DNA of 60,739 nt from Oxalobacter formigenes (GCA_019424645.1 JAHYZB010000048.1:10390-71128), one strand, 5' to 3'; counted from the stretch's first letter, positions 20,871 through 34,396 are shown. Numbers and translations: made by a program. The notes: a model not told the origin generated them from the sequence alone.

Positions 20871-21587
20871 TTAATGAATTCGGTTTAAACGTCGCGACAG
20901 CTGTCGAACGGACGATACTTTCAGGTCCACGTAAGGTGGTCTTGAAAACGGCAATTTTCTGTATACGACAGGATACGCATGATTCGAATGACGGCTTTCA
21001 TTCAGGTATCGTGTTACCAGAACGGTTTTTATTCCCAGTGATTTGGCTGTTTTCAAAATATGGACGTTATCCTCAACAAGAATGCAGTCTCCAGGCCTCG
21101 CCTTTTCCTTCATCAGAAACTTGCGAAAGAATTTTTTCGATGGTTTGGGTTCCAGTTTTCCATGCACTCGCATCGATTCAATGGAAATATGTCCGTCGAA
21201 AACAGATGACAATCCAAGTACTTCCAGCACGTTTTTTGAATAGTTGTATGCCGAATTCGTCAAAAGAATTTTCTTGCCCGGCAGATTCTTCAACAGCACG
21301 GACAAGCCTCTTTCCGCATGAATCAGGGAATCCAGATTATCGAACTGATGTGCACGTTCCAGGAAATCCTTCGCTTTCCGATTATAAGTCTGGCTAATTC
21401 CCAGCAATGTCGCACCGAAACGCTTCCAGAAAGCGATACGTAACAGATCCGCCTGTTCCGGGGTCAATTTCTTTCCTCCGGGGCTGTATTTCTCTGCAAT
21501 ATAGCTATTCATGTTCTCGCTGATTCTCGGAAAAATCGCCAAAGATGCATTATGCAGGGTATTGTCCAGATCAAATAACCAAATCAT
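20871..21587 (-). CDS. HAD-family pyrimidine 5'-nucleotidase
   Basis: WLFDLDNTL, LLTNS, PKP, LVED motifs. Confidence 0.88.
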   Translation of the reverse strand: MIWLFDLDNTLHNASLAIFPRISENMNSYIAEKYSPGGKKLTPEQADLLRIAFWKRFGATLLGISQTYNRKAKDFLERAHQFDNLDSLIHAERGLSVLLKNLPGKKILLTNSAYNYSKNVLEVLGLSSVFDGHISIESMRVHGKLEPKPSKKFFRKFLMKEKARPGDCILVEDNVHILKTAKSLGIKTVLVTRYLNESRHSNHAYPVVYRKLPFSRPPYVDLKVSSVRQLSRRLNRIH

Positions 21588-21610
21588 TGATGAATCCGCA
21601 GTTCGCTCAT

Positions 21611-21640
21611 AAAAAAGCCCATGCATGCACGGGCTTTTTT
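21611..21640 (-). terminator. yidC terminator
   Basis: AAAAAAGCCC-ATGCATGCAC-GGGCTTTTTT. Confidence 0.8.
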
Positions 21641-21658
21641 ACTGTCAGAAACCAGATG

Positions 21659-23338
21659 TCATGCCGGTTTCTTGGTTTTCGTGTTGTCGTATTTTCTCGT
21701 AATCCAGTACTGCTGCGCAATCGACAACAGATTATTGACTACCCAGTACAGAACCAGCCCGGATGGGAAGAAGAAGAACGTAATCGAAAAGGCGATTGGC
21801 AAGAACATCATCATTTTGGCCTGCATCGGATCAGGTGGCGGCGGACTCATCTTTTGCTGGAGGAACATCGACCCGGCCATGATAATCGGCAAAATGTAAT
21901 AAGGATCAGGCGCCGCCAGATTCTGAATCCAGCCCAGCCAGGGCGCGTTTCTGATTTCAACGCTGGCAAGAAGCACCCAGTACAGGGAAATGAAGACAGG
22001 AATCTGAATGACAACCGGGAGACAACCTCCCAAAGGATTGATTTTTTCAGCTTTGTACAAGCCCATCAATTCCTTGTTCATACGCTGTTTGTCGTCCTTA
22101 TATCTTTCGCGAAGTTCCGTGATTCTTGGAGTGAACTGCTTCATCTTGGCCATGCTGCGATAGCTGGCCGCAGAAAGCGGCGCGAAAATCAGTTTGATCA
22201 GGCAGGTCAACAGGATAATCGTCCAGCCCCAGTTACCCACTTCATTGTGAATGTGGGTCATCAGCCAGAAAATGGGTTTGGCAATAATCGTCAGCCAGCC
22301 ATAATCCTTGACCAGTTCAAGGCCCGGAGCCGTTTTTTCCAGCAGCTTGGATTCCTGTGGCCCTACATACAATCTCGTGTCATTGGAAGCGCTGGCGTTT
22401 GGAGCGATCGTACCCAGTGGAATAACCGTACCGACAGCATACAGGTTCTCACCCACTTTTCGGGTGTAGTTTTCACGCGCGACTTTATCTTGCGGAATGA
22501 AGGCAGAAACGAAATAATGCTGAACCATACCGACCCAACCATTGTCGGTCTTGATCGCGTGATCCATTTTTCCTTCACCGATATTGTCGAATTTGATCTT
22601 CTGGAATTTGTTTTCTTCGGTATAAACCGCCGGCCCCGTAAAGGTACTAATGAATCTCGACTGGCCTTCCGGTCTTTCGCTGTCACGGAGCAGTTGCAAA
22701 TACAGGGACGCATTGATCGGCTCATGACTCAGGTTCGTGACCTTCTGGTCGACATCGACAACATAACTGCCGCGTTTGAAAGTATACGTCTTGGTCAGGC
22801 GAACGCCATCCTGTTCGGCATCCATAACGAGTTTGACTTCATCGTTATTGTCGCCAAGGGTTCTTTCGCCGGGACGGATATGGAAACGGGTCGCATGATT
22901 CGGGTATGAACCACCGGTCAGGCCGGTTTGTGCCAGATAAATTCTTGGGGGCGCCGATTCAAAGAGAACCATTTCTTTCTGGAAATCGACATTGTCGGGA
23001 TACTTGAGCAATTCCAGATCCTGGAAAACGCCACCATCCGGATTGATTTGAACCTTGAAAACATCAGTCGTAATCGATACCAGCTCGACAGGCTGGTTTT
23101 TGGGTTCTTCTTTTTTGACCACTGCATTTGAAGCAACTGCACCAGGGTTTTCTTCTGCAGCCACAGAAGCAGTCTGAACAGGCACTTCAGGCAGTCCGGT
23201 CTGGGTTTCGGATTTTTTCGCTTTTTCCTGTGTAAAAATCAGGGACTTACCGCCTCTGTACACCTGCCAGTTGTCCCAAAGGAAAAAAAGTGAAACCACC
23301 AGAATCAGCAACAACGTAGTACGTTTTTTGGCTTCCAT
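21659..23338 (-). CDS. yidC: Membrane protein insertase YidC
   Basis: DYGWL, GNWGWTII, NPLGGCLP, PSGLVLYW. Confidence 0.97.
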   Translation of the reverse strand: MEAKKRTTLLLILVVSLFFLWDNWQVYRGGKSLIFTQEKAKKSETQTGLPEVPVQTASVAAEENPGAVASNAVVKKEEPKNQPVELVSITTDVFKVQINPDGGVFQDLELLKYPDNVDFQKEMVLFESAPPRIYLAQTGLTGGSYPNHATRFHIRPGERTLGDNNDEVKLVMDAEQDGVRLTKTYTFKRGSYVVDVDQKVTNLSHEPINASLYLQLLRDSERPEGQSRFISTFTGPAVYTEENKFQKIKFDNIGEGKMDHAIKTDNGWVGMVQHYFVSAFIPQDKVARENYTRKVGENLYAVGTVIPLGTIAPNASASNDTRLYVGPQESKLLEKTAPGLELVKDYGWLTIIAKPIFWLMTHIHNEVGNWGWTIILLTCLIKLIFAPLSAASYRSMAKMKQFTPRITELRERYKDDKQRMNKELMGLYKAEKINPLGGCLPVVIQIPVFISLYWVLLASVEIRNAPWLGWIQNLAAPDPYYILPIIMAGSMFLQQKMSPPPPDPMQAKMMMFLPIAFSITFFFFPSGLVLYWVVNNLLSIAQQYWITRKYDNTKTKKPA

Positions 23339-23348
23339 AATCTACTTT

Positions 23349-23630
23349 TCAAATATCTTTTCCATCATTGTTCAATGATGAATTACAAGCACAGCCGGAT
23401 TTTCTCGCGGGTACGGGATCGACTCCCCCCGGATGCAAAGGATGACATTTGCACAACCGTATAAAAGTGAGATAACACCCTTTCAAACAGCCATGCACCG
23501 AAATGGCTTCGATTGCATATTGAGAACAACTCGGGTAAAAACGACAATTTTGCCCTATGAATGGGCTAATGCACAACTGATATCCCCGAATTAAAACGAT
23601 AAGCAGGCTTTTTAATGGCGATTGCATCAT
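23349..23630 (-). CDS. yidD: Membrane protein insertion efficiency factor YidD
   Basis: [23 protein letters not shown]. Confidence 0.95.
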   Translation of the reverse strand: MMQSPLKSLLIVLIRGYQLCISPFIGQNCRFYPSCSQYAIEAISVHGCLKGCYLTFIRLCKCHPLHPGGVDPVPARKSGCACNSSLNNDGKDI

Positions 23631-24004
23631 TGCCTGCTTTTCCGGTTTATTCCCGAAGAGGCGATCAACTGGTCCAGTTCTGCCCTGAGAATACGTTTTA
23701 ACTGCCTGTTTGTGGCAGGATCTTTCCGTGTATTAACTGGTGACGTCAAACGGATAATACAATCCATTGCAGGAATTTGTATACAGCGGAATGTTTCGCG
23801 ACACAGTCGTTTGATTGTATTTCGCGTTACGGCTCGAGGTGCGAATCGCTTGGCAACAACTATTCCAAGCCGTGCATCTGGTAACTGGTTGGGACGCGCG
23901 TATAAAACAAAATGTCCTGTCCGCGCGCAGGGACGCATACGAAAAACGGATGAAAAATCATCCGTTTTAACGATACGCCGATCGGAAGAAAAATTTCTAT
24001 TCAC
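23627..24004 (-). CDS. rnpA: RNase P protein component
   Basis: RLGIVVAKR...AVTRNTIKR. Confidence 0.95.
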   Translation of the reverse strand: MNRNFSSDRRIVKTDDFSSVFRMRPCARTGHFVLYARPNQLPDARLGIVVAKRFAPRAVTRNTIKRLCRETFRCIQIPAMDCIIRLTSPVNTRKDPATNRQLKRILRAELDQLIASSGINRKSRQ

Positions 24005-24027
24005 ACAACCAGCTAAACATCGTCTGG

Positions 24028-24162
24028 TTATACAGCCAAACGTTTACGGCCTTTGGCACGACGTGCATTTAAAACTGCACGGCCGCTTTTGGTCGCCATA
24101 CGGGCACGGAAGCCGTGAGTGCGTTTGCGACGCACAACTGAAGGTTGATAAGTACGTTTCAT
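24028..24162 (-). CDS. rpmH: 50S ribosomal protein L34
   Basis: Manual translation, not in track: [44 protein letters not shown]. Confidence 0.98.
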   Translation of the reverse strand: MKRTYQPSVVRRKRTHGFRARMATKSGRAVLNARRAKGRKRLAV

Positions 24163-24360
24163 TATGGTCTCGCTAATCAGCAAAAAAAAATCAAAATCTG
24201 ATACCAGTTGCCCCGTTAAAATACCGGCTGAACGGCCATATTAACCATGACAAGGCATCAATTATGCGCAAGGAACCAATGATTAGACCGTAATTTTCAC
24301 CATCCTGTCAATATGAATCTGTATTTCATGACAGAAATAGGTGAAAAAACAGACGGCGCC

Positions 24361-24369
24361 TGTGGATAA
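24361..24369. promoter_or_regulatory. Perfect DnaA box in the dnaA promoter region
   Basis: TGTGGATAA (TTATCCACA on the minus strand). Confidence 0.8.
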
Positions 24370-24528
24370 CTTGTCTAATTCAAGGTAAAATAGCAACTTA
24401 TTGGAAAAGTGTTCATTGAATATTCTGACTTTTTCCGGATGATGTATCCGTGCCTGTTTTGTCCGGAATACTGGCAATGACCAGCTGCGTCAAGTCAACC
24501 GGTAACTGATGTCTAGTCGATTGGAATT

Positions 24529-25908
24529 ATGGAAAAATTTTGGCAGAGCTGCTTGTCCCAACTGGAATCGGAATTGACTCCGCAGCAGTACAGCGCCTGG
24601 ATCAAGCCGCTGGTGCCGCTCGATTATAAAGATGGCATCTTACGAGTTGCCGCACCCAACCGTTTCAAGCTGGATTGGGTAAAAACACAATATGCCGATC
24701 GTATTGTCTCTCTGGCCTGCCAGTTTCTGGAATCGACGGTTGATGTGCAATTCATGTTAAATCCGGGAACCCGCTCAGCGTCTCCCTCAATACCCGCTCC
24801 GGCCCATCCGAAGCTCGAACCGGTTGCGTCTCTTGAAACAGCCGAAACCAGTCACAGGATTCCTGTTTCCGACACACCTACACGCGAACAAAGCCGGATT
24901 AACGTTGAAATGACTTTCGACAGTTTCGTTACCGGCAAGGCAAACCAGCTTGCCCGTGCTGCGGCCATCCAGGTTGCCAACAATCCGGGCGTTTCGTATA
25001 ACCCCCTTTATTTATTCGGTGGTGTGGGCCTTGGCAAAACCCATTTGATCCATGCCATTGGCAATCAGGTTCTTGCCGATACTCCTTCGGCAAAAATCCG
25101 TTATATCCATGCCGAACAGTATGTCCGGGATGTCGTCACTGCCTATCAGCGCAAGGGCTTTGATGACTTCAAGCGTTACTACCATTCACTGGATATGCTT
25201 CTGATTGACGATATCCAGTTTTTTTCAGGCAAGAGCCGTACGCAGGAAGAATTTTTCTATGCCTTTGAAGCGTTGATCGCAGCACGAAAACAGATCATCA
25301 TTACCAGCGATACCTATCCGAAAGAAATATCGGGGATGGATGACCGGCTGACATCCCGTTTCGACTCCGGTCTGACAGTTGCCATCGAACCGCCTGAACT
25401 TGAAATGCGAGTGGCCATTCTGATCAAGAAAGCCAGTCAGGAAGGGATCCAGCTTTCCGACGATGTCGCCTTTTTTGTGGCAAAACACCTGCGCTCCAAC
25501 GTCCGTGAACTTGAAGGCGCCCTCCGGAAAATACTGGCTTTTTCCCGTTTCCATGGCAGGGATATCACTATCGAGCTGACAAAGGAAGCCCTGAAGGATT
25601 TGCTGAATGTGCAAAATCGTCAGATCTCGGTGGAAAACATCCAGAAAACGGTCGCCGACTTTTTCCGTATCAAAGTTGCCGATATGTATTCGAAACGACG
25701 GCCGGCCAATATTGCAAGGCCCCGTCAGATCGCCATGTATTTAACGAAAGAATTGACTCAAAAAAGCCTGCCCGAGATCGGGGAATTGTTTGGTGGGCGA
25801 GACCATACGACTGTTTTGCACGCTGTTCGCAAAATTGCACAGGACAGGTTGAAAAACCCTGAATGCAATCATGAGCTTCATGTGCTGGAACAAACTCTGA
25901 AAGGTTGA
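24529..25908 (+). CDS. dnaA: Replication initiator DnaA
   Basis: [29 protein letters not shown]. Confidence 0.99.
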   Translation: MEKFWQSCLSQLESELTPQQYSAWIKPLVPLDYKDGILRVAAPNRFKLDWVKTQYADRIVSLACQFLESTVDVQFMLNPGTRSASPSIPAPAHPKLEPVASLETAETSHRIPVSDTPTREQSRINVEMTFDSFVTGKANQLARAAAIQVANNPGVSYNPLYLFGGVGLGKTHLIHAIGNQVLADTPSAKIRYIHAEQYVRDVVTAYQRKGFDDFKRYYHSLDMLLIDDIQFFSGKSRTQEEFFYAFEALIAARKQIIITSDTYPKEISGMDDRLTSRFDSGLTVAIEPPELEMRVAILIKKASQEGIQLSDDVAFFVAKHLRSNVRELEGALRKILAFSRFHGRDITIELTKEALKDLLNVQNRQISVENIQKTVADFFRIKVADMYSKRRPANIARPRQIAMYLTKELTQKSLPEIGELFGGRDHTTVLHAVRKIAQDRLKNPECNHELHVLEQTLKG

Positions 25909-25967
25909 CAGCATTACAATTGAAAGATCTTGGGATAAAGAACAATTAAATTTTCAAGGATAAGAAC

Positions 25968-27074
25968 ATGCAACTGGTAAAAACCGGCAGAGACAATCTT
26001 CTTCGCCCATTACAGATCGTTAGTGGTATCGTGGAACGCAGGCATACCTTGCCGATTCTGGCCAACATTCTGATAAGGAAAGAAGGTCAGGCTGTTTCTT
26101 TCCTGTCGACGGACACTGAAATCCAGATCGTCACACATGCCGAAATCGGTACGGATGAGGAAAATACGACGACAACGGTCGCCGCACGCAAACTCCTCGA
26201 CATTCTTCGGGCATTGCCGGATACGTCCGATATCGCCATTTCCCAAAATGACAAGCGGCTTGTTGTGCAGGCTGGCAAATCCCGGTTTTCCCTGCAAACC
26301 CTGCCGGCCGATGATTTTCCGATCGTTTCCCAACCGGCTGAATATGAAACGTCTGTCACCGTTTCACAAAAAGCGCTTAAAAACCTCTTGGGCATGGTTT
26401 ACTTTTCGATGGCGCAACAGGACATTCGCTATTATCTGAATGGCCTGCTTTTACAGGTTGATGGCAAAAAAATGACGGCTGTTGCAACCGATGGCCACCG
26501 CCTTGCTTTCTGCGAGATGGAAACCGATCAGGAATTTTCCAAAAACGACGTCATTATCCCGCGCAAGACCATTCTTGAATTGCAACGGTTGCTTGAAGAC
26601 AGCGAAGATCCTGTCCGCATCGATTTCTCCGGCGGTCAGGTCAGGTTCGTTTTCGGCGACGTCGAACTCATTTCGAAACTGGTCGAAGGCAAGTTCCCTG
26701 ATTACACTCGTGTTATTCCAAAAGGATACAAAAACAAATTCACGCTTTCCCGTGAGCAGCTGCAAAGAGCCCTGCAGCGTGCCGCCATCATGACAAGTGA
26801 CAAATTCAAGGGTATCCGCTGCATTCTCGCTCCCGGCAGCCTGAAAATCAGTTCCACCAACGCCGATCAGGAAGAAGCAATCGAGGAAATCGAACTCGAC
26901 TATGGCGGTGACAGCATCGATATCGGATTTAATGTCACCTATCTTTTGGATGTTCTGGGAAATCTGAAAAATGAACAGGTCAGTGTGGAACTGGGTGATG
27001 CCAATTCTTCCGCCCTGGTTTGTGTTCCTGACAATCCGGATTTCAAATATGTTGTTATGCCGATGCGTATTTAA
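25968..27074 (+). CDS. dnaN: DNA polymerase III beta clamp
   Basis: QDIRYYLNG, ATDGHRLA, VVMPMRI. Confidence 0.98.
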   Translation: MQLVKTGRDNLLRPLQIVSGIVERRHTLPILANILIRKEGQAVSFLSTDTEIQIVTHAEIGTDEENTTTTVAARKLLDILRALPDTSDIAISQNDKRLVVQAGKSRFSLQTLPADDFPIVSQPAEYETSVTVSQKALKNLLGMVYFSMAQQDIRYYLNGLLLQVDGKKMTAVATDGHRLAFCEMETDQEFSKNDVIIPRKTILELQRLLEDSEDPVRIDFSGGQVRFVFGDVELISKLVEGKFPDYTRVIPKGYKNKFTLSREQLQRALQRAAIMTSDKFKGIRCILAPGSLKISSTNADQEEAIEEIELDYGGDSIDIGFNVTYLLDVLGNLKNEQVSVELGDANSSALVCVPDNPDFKYVVMPMRI

Positions 27075-27132
27075 TCACGTAGAAGACCCGTTATTGATGA
27101 TTTACAGATCATTGCATTGAGTCATGTCGTAG

Positions 27133-29673
<2,541 letters not shown>

Positions 29674-29693
29674 TTTTCTTTCAACCTTTGTTC

Positions 29694-29728
29694 AAAGCTG
29701 TTTCACCAATATGTGAAACAGCTTTTTT
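29694..29728 (+). terminator. gyrB terminator
   Basis: AAAGCTGTTTCAC-N6-GTGAAACAGCTTT followed by a T-run. Confidence 0.8.
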
Positions 29729-29898
29729 CATGCGTTCATACTTTTCATTTATCCGTCCTTTTCCTTTGCGTACTACCCTCTTCATAAAACAGGAGCTGAA
29801 CGTCGTTTGACTTCACTCATGGTCAATATTTGAATTTAACGTAACGTGACATCAGAGACACTTCAAAATCACTCCGACGTTTTTTTCATGTCAGCGCC

Positions 29899-31026
29899 AT
29901 GAATACGAATGAAATCAGGGAAGAAGCGCTTCTTCCGGAAAAAGAAGACTGGAAATCCCGAAATCATATCCGGTCTTTCATACAGCTCGGGATAACGATA
30001 CTGGGAGTATTCCTCTGCTATCTGATGACAGTTCCATTCCTGTCTTCACTGGCATGGGCTCTTGCGCTGGCAGTTTTGTTCATGCCTGTTCACAAACGTA
30101 TTTTTAAAAAACTGAAGAAAAAGAATATGGCTGCCTTGGTCACGTCCGCGCTGGCCATCATCATTGTGGTCATTCCGGTCATGTGGATGGTCATTCGTCT
30201 CGTTCTGGAAATAGACAAAGGGGCGGCTTTAATCATGGATCGGGTCAGTTCGGGAGAATGGCAAAACAATCTGGAAAGTATGCCTCTTGTCGGAAGAGCC
30301 GTTTTCTGGCTGGAAAATCACCTGAATATTCCCCAGGCCGTCAATAATCTCACCTCCTGGCTGACGGCTCAGGTGACTTTGTTTTTGCGATCTTCTTTCA
30401 TACAGATTATCGTCATTGTCCTGACGTTTTATCTCCTTTTTTACTTTCTGAGAGACCGTAATGAAATCCTGCGGACAGTCAGACGATTTTCGCCACTTTG
30501 CGGAAGGGAAACGAATGGTCTATTCAAGGTCGTCAACAACACCATTCGAGCGACTGTTTTCGGTACTCTGGCCGTTTCGGCAATAAAAGGTTTCCTGGCC
30601 GGTTTCATGTTCTGGGTTCTCGGGCTGCCGGCGCCACTGTTGTGGGGATCGATTATGGGAATTCTGTCGATCATTCCCCTTCTGGGCTCTTACATCATCT
30701 GGATACCGGCAGCGGTCTATCTGGCTCTGGATGGATACTGGGCTCAGGCTTCCGTTCTGGTTATCTGGGGAATTGTGGTGGGAGGAGTGGTAAACAACGT
30801 ACTTTATCCCATTCTGGTCAGCAAAAAACTCAAATTACATACGATTGTTGCGTTCATCGCGCTGGCAGGCGGCATTCTTGTCTATGGTGCCTCCGGAGTC
30901 ATTCTGGGGCCTATTACACTGACGGGCAGCGCTTTCCTGCTTCATCTGTGGCGCCTCAAGGCCACCGGATACAAAAAGAACATCTCTTTACCAACCGCTT
31001 TCGATGATTCGACAGAATCCTTATAG
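29899..31026 (+). CDS. AI-2E family transporter
   Basis: Multi-TM; FYFLRD, SIIPLLGS, GVILGP motifs. Confidence 0.88.
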   Translation: MNTNEIREEALLPEKEDWKSRNHIRSFIQLGITILGVFLCYLMTVPFLSSLAWALALAVLFMPVHKRIFKKLKKKNMAALVTSALAIIIVVIPVMWMVIRLVLEIDKGAALIMDRVSSGEWQNNLESMPLVGRAVFWLENHLNIPQAVNNLTSWLTAQVTLFLRSSFIQIIVIVLTFYLLFYFLRDRNEILRTVRRFSPLCGRETNGLFKVVNNTIRATVFGTLAVSAIKGFLAGFMFWVLGLPAPLLWGSIMGILSIIPLLGSYIIWIPAAVYLALDGYWAQASVLVIWGIVVGGVVNNVLYPILVSKKLKLHTIVAFIALAGGILVYGASGVILGPITLTGSAFLLHLWRLKATGYKKNISLPTAFDDSTESL

Positions 31027-31058
31027 CCAATTAACTTTTCCATATATCTCATTCATAA

Positions 31059-31316
31059 ATGGAGGAAAAAATGAGAGTCGACATTTTCAAACGTGAAGAA
31101 GCCAGCGGAATTTATTCCTATCTTTTGATTCCGGAAGGGAAAAACATACCGGGAGAAGCGACAAATACAGACTGGGAACTCGATGCGAAAGGAGTGGACA
31201 TTAACGTAGACGAGGAAAGCCTTGACGATTTTTCCATCGTTTATCCGGCCATACAAATCAGGGACAAGGGTTATGCCATCAGCAATCTGTCGAGCCTGTC
31301 GAGCCCGTCGAATTGA
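31059..31316 (+). CDS. Small acidic protein (DUF6139/YcgL-like)
   Basis: MRVDIFKR...SYLLIPEGKNIP...TDW. Probable start at 31071, after a GGAGG RBS. Confidence 0.7.
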   Translation: MEEKMRVDIFKREEASGIYSYLLIPEGKNIPGEATNTDWELDAKGVDINVDEESLDDFSIVYPAIQIRDKGYAISNLSSLSSPSN

Positions 31317-31471
31317 TTGATTTTTTATGCACCAACTCCTGAAAATTTTTCTTTGAAGAACATTTCCTTGAAGTGTATCAAACTGATTGTCCTCAGCCTG
31401 GTTTTCAATGAACCCCTGAATGATTCAAAGACATTTTATCCATGTCTGCAAAACAGTAAAGGAATACCAGT

Positions 31472-31918
31472 ATGAATACAAGTTGGGTTATTGTGACCGA
31501 TAGTACACGAGCACGTATTTTCGAAAAAAGAGGCGCTAATGAACCTTTAATGGAGTTCGAGGATCTGGTTGATCCGGCCGCTTTTGAAAATCAAAACGAA
31601 CTGGAACATCACACTCGCGGACGTTTCCATGATGTCGGAACAGGACACAGTCATACCGACGATCCTTCTGTGAGTCCACTGGCACATCAAAACGATCTCT
31701 TCGCAAAATCGATCGCACTTTATCTGGATAAGGGCAGAAAAGATTCAAAATTTCATCGTCTGTATCTGATTTCTTCACCTCATTTTCTCGGCACCTTGCG
31801 CAATAAACTGGGCAAGGAAGTCAACCGGCTGATTGAAAACGAATGGTCAGAAGAAATTTCAAACTATTCCGCTGCCGACATTGAACAATTTCTCCGGGAT
31901 AAAACGGTCTGGCACTGA
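31472..31918 (+). CDS. 'Host attachment' family protein (aeRF1-related fold)
   Basis: WVIVTDSTRARIF...FAKSIALYL...LYLISSPHFLGTLR; AAGGA RBS. Confidence 0.85.
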   Translation: MNTSWVIVTDSTRARIFEKRGANEPLMEFEDLVDPAAFENQNELEHHTRGRFHDVGTGHSHTDDPSVSPLAHQNDLFAKSIALYLDKGRKDSKFHRLYLISSPHFLGTLRNKLGKEVNRLIENEWSEEISNYSAADIEQFLRDKTVWH

Positions 31919-31940
31919 TTATCAATACTTCAATTCCAGC

Positions 31941-31976
31941 AAAAAAGCGTATTCATTCCTGAATACGCTTTTTTTT
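31941..31976. terminator. Bidirectional terminator
   Basis: AAAAAAGCGTATTCA-TTCC-TGAATACGCTTTTTT. Confidence 0.85.
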
Positions 31977-31988
31977 ATAATGAGATTT

Positions 31989-32249
31989 TTAATAATTGTT
32001 CATCCGTCTTTGTGCTTCCCATGTCCATTCACATTTGGCACGATTCATATCGTTGATATCGAAGACCAGAGTCGTGCCGGCAGGACAGTCCCTGTCCGTC
32101 AGTTCAGCCGTAATCTTGCTGGCCGGTATTTCCTCGACAACGTAAGTCGTGGTTGTCGTTACGGTCGTATTGGGATAATAGACCTGTGCCGAAGCAATGC
32201 CGGATACACCAATGGCTGCCATTAACAGAGCAAATCGTATTTTTCTCAT
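31989..32249 (-). CDS. Small secreted hypothetical protein
   Basis: GAGG RBS, Sec signal ending ASA, Thr-rich tract, two Cys. Confidence 0.8.
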   Translation of the reverse strand: MRKIRFALLMAAIGVSGIASAQVYYPNTTVTTTTTYVVEEIPASKITAELTDRDCPAGTTLVFDINDMNRAKCEWTWEAQRRMNNY

Positions 32250-32431
32250 AGTATTACCTCAATTTAAATGATGAATGTTCAGGCTTTCCGCCATCATTGG
32301 CCCACCTCCATCAGACGGAGAATAGCCCTCGTAGTTTCATCCCCGGTTTTAATTTCGAAGTATCCTGAGTTACATCAATTGTCCTTTTGCAATATCAATC
32401 TCCATCATCGACGGAAGATGTGCCTTTTTTA

Positions 32432-34246
32432 TCAAAGAGGTTCCGTGCGTCTGATGAGCCAGTTTTTGACGTGTTCTGGCACAAAAGACAAAAGTCTGTC
32501 TCGCACGCCTTCGTGATACCGGTTAAGCCATGCGATTTCATTTTCATCGAGCAGATCCTTTTCGATGCATCTAGTATCGATCGGGCATTGGGTCAATGTT
32601 TCAAAGTTCAGGTATTTTCCGAATTCAGTTTCACTGTAAAACCGGTTGACGACCAGATTTTCTATCCGGATACCCCATCTGCCCTCTTTGTAGAGCCCCG
32701 GTTCAACAGAGGTTACCATCCCCTCTTCCATTGCGGTCTGTGGTTCCGGTTTGGCATGATACGAGATGCCCTGAGGGCCTTCATGCACGTTAAGGAAATA
32801 TCCGACCCCATGACCGGTTCCATGCCCGTAATCAGCCCCAAAGGCCCATAAAGGCTTTCTGGCGATACTATCGAGCATGGCAGCCGGTATTGATTGCGGA
32901 AAACAGGTTTCCGACAATGCAATCATTCCTTTGAGAACGAGCGTGAAGTCCTTCTTCTGTTCCTGACTCGGCAAGCCAACCGGTATGACTCTCGTCATGT
33001 CCGTTGTACCGCCCAGATACTGGCCGCCTGTATCGATCAGCAGCAGGCCATCTTTTTCAATGAAAGAAAAATCCGTTTCCGTCGCCTGATAATGAGGTAA
33101 GGCCGCATTTTCGTTAAACCCTGCAATCGTCCCGAAACTCGGGGAAATATAATAAGGACGTTTCGATCGGAATTCCTCGATCTTTTTAGCGACAGTCAGT
33201 TCGGATATCCGACTTTGTCCGCTTTCAATGGCAGCATCGAACCACGCCTGAAACTCACAGAAAGCAGCACCATCCTCGATCATTGTCCTGCGGATGTTTT
33301 CTATTTCAAATACTTCTTTTCTGGATTTCAAAAGTACAGCCGGATTGATGGTTTCAATGAATTTCACCCCTGAATTGACCTGACAGTACATCCAATACGA
33401 CGTCCTTCTTGGATCAAGCAATACAGTCGATTCTGAGGGTAGATGATGCAATACTTTTGAAATCTCTTCATAAGCCTGTATTTCGATACCATCGGATATA
33501 AGGGATTGCCGTATTTCATCAGAAAGCTTTTCATTATCGATAAACAGAATTGATTTTTCACAGCCGATCAGGGCATAAGCAATGAAAACCGGATTGAATT
33601 CGATATCGTTTCCTCTGAGGTTAAACATCCAGGCAATATCGTCAAGCGTCGATAGCAGATGCCAATTCGCCCCCGATTCTTTCACAAGGTATTTGATACG
33701 TTCGATTTTTTCGACTCTCGACATGGCAACAAATTGCCTTGTATGCTCAAAAACGGGTGTTTTAGGGACAGACGCCCTGTCCTCCCAGATGGGTGTAAGC
33801 AAATCGACGTCAGACCTGAATGACAGCTGCCTGTCAACCAGAGCCTGTTCCAGCAGCCTGCCCTGATTCAGGGAAAGAAGACGTCCATCCATGCCGACCG
33901 TCGCTCCTGCCGGAAGACAAGCTCCTATCCACTCAAGGTAAGGCATCGGGCTTCCTCCGGAAATTTTGCACATTTCAATTCCTGATCCTTCCAGCTGTTT
34001 CACTGCTTGTGTCCAGTATCGGCTGTCAACCCACAGCGAAGCCTTTTCAATACCCACAATCAATGTACCGGCCGAACCGGTAAAGCCCGATAGCCACTCT
34101 CTGCTTCGCCAGTGCAAAGGCAGATATTCAGAAAGATGCGGATCGGAAGTGGGAACAATCAGGATATCGATAGCCTGCTCTTTCATTGCCTGTCTTAATG
34201 CCGCAAGACGTGTTCTGATGTCATTCATATTGAAGGAGGTATTCAT
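32432..34246 (-). CDS. Aminopeptidase P family (M24B) protein
   Basis: DPHLSEY, GFTGSAG, DTGGQYLGGTTD, HGTGHGVG, HEGP. Start uncertain. Confidence 0.93.
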   Translation of the reverse strand: MNTSFNMNDIRTRLAALRQAMKEQAIDILIVPTSDPHLSEYLPLHWRSREWLSGFTGSAGTLIVGIEKASLWVDSRYWTQAVKQLEGSGIEMCKISGGSPMPYLEWIGACLPAGATVGMDGRLLSLNQGRLLEQALVDRQLSFRSDVDLLTPIWEDRASVPKTPVFEHTRQFVAMSRVEKIERIKYLVKESGANWHLLSTLDDIAWMFNLRGNDIEFNPVFIAYALIGCEKSILFIDNEKLSDEIRQSLISDGIEIQAYEEISKVLHHLPSESTVLLDPRRTSYWMYCQVNSGVKFIETINPAVLLKSRKEVFEIENIRRTMIEDGAAFCEFQAWFDAAIESGQSRISELTVAKKIEEFRSKRPYYISPSFGTIAGFNENAALPHYQATETDFSFIEKDGLLLIDTGGQYLGGTTDMTRVIPVGLPSQEQKKDFTLVLKGMIALSETCFPQSIPAAMLDSIARKPLWAFGADYGHGTGHGVGYFLNVHEGPQGISYHAKPEPQTAMEEGMVTSVEPGLYKEGRWGIRIENLVVNRFYSETEFGKYLNFETLTQCPIDTRCIEKDLLDENEIAWLNRYHEGVRDRLLSFVPEHVKNWLIRRTEPL

Positions 34247-34396
34247 GATTTTCTTTTCGGAGACTGATGAAACAATTATCGTCAAATAATCTTTAAACGA
34301 TATCATCTTAAAGACAATATGAATTGTCAAAAGAGTGATTTTCATCTTATAGTCGGCTTGTTACGAATTTCATGAGATTAAGTGAAAGTTTCCGTT

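Noticed and set aside
21545..22909. 454-aa plus-strand ORF, and other long antisense ORFs such as 27193-28116, 11155-11868 and 58249-58923
   Set aside because: They lie wholly antisense to conserved genes (yidC, gyrB, metH, atpA) and have no motifs; these are codon-bias shadows.
24163..24528. rpmH-dnaA spacer as oriC
   Set aside because: Only one clear DnaA box and no evident unwinding element; better explained as dnaA autoregulation, though not excluded.
29699..29720. TGTTTCAC-N6-GTGAAACA, resembling two parS half-sites
   Set aside because: The 6-bp insertion breaks parS geometry. Its position after the gyrB stop and the T-run fit a terminator.
32306..32418. Two similar CTCCATCA(TC)GACGGA hairpin motifs upstream of the secreted peptide gene
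   Set aside because: Only two short imperfect copies, and one is explained as the hairpin after the aminopeptidase P stop codon.
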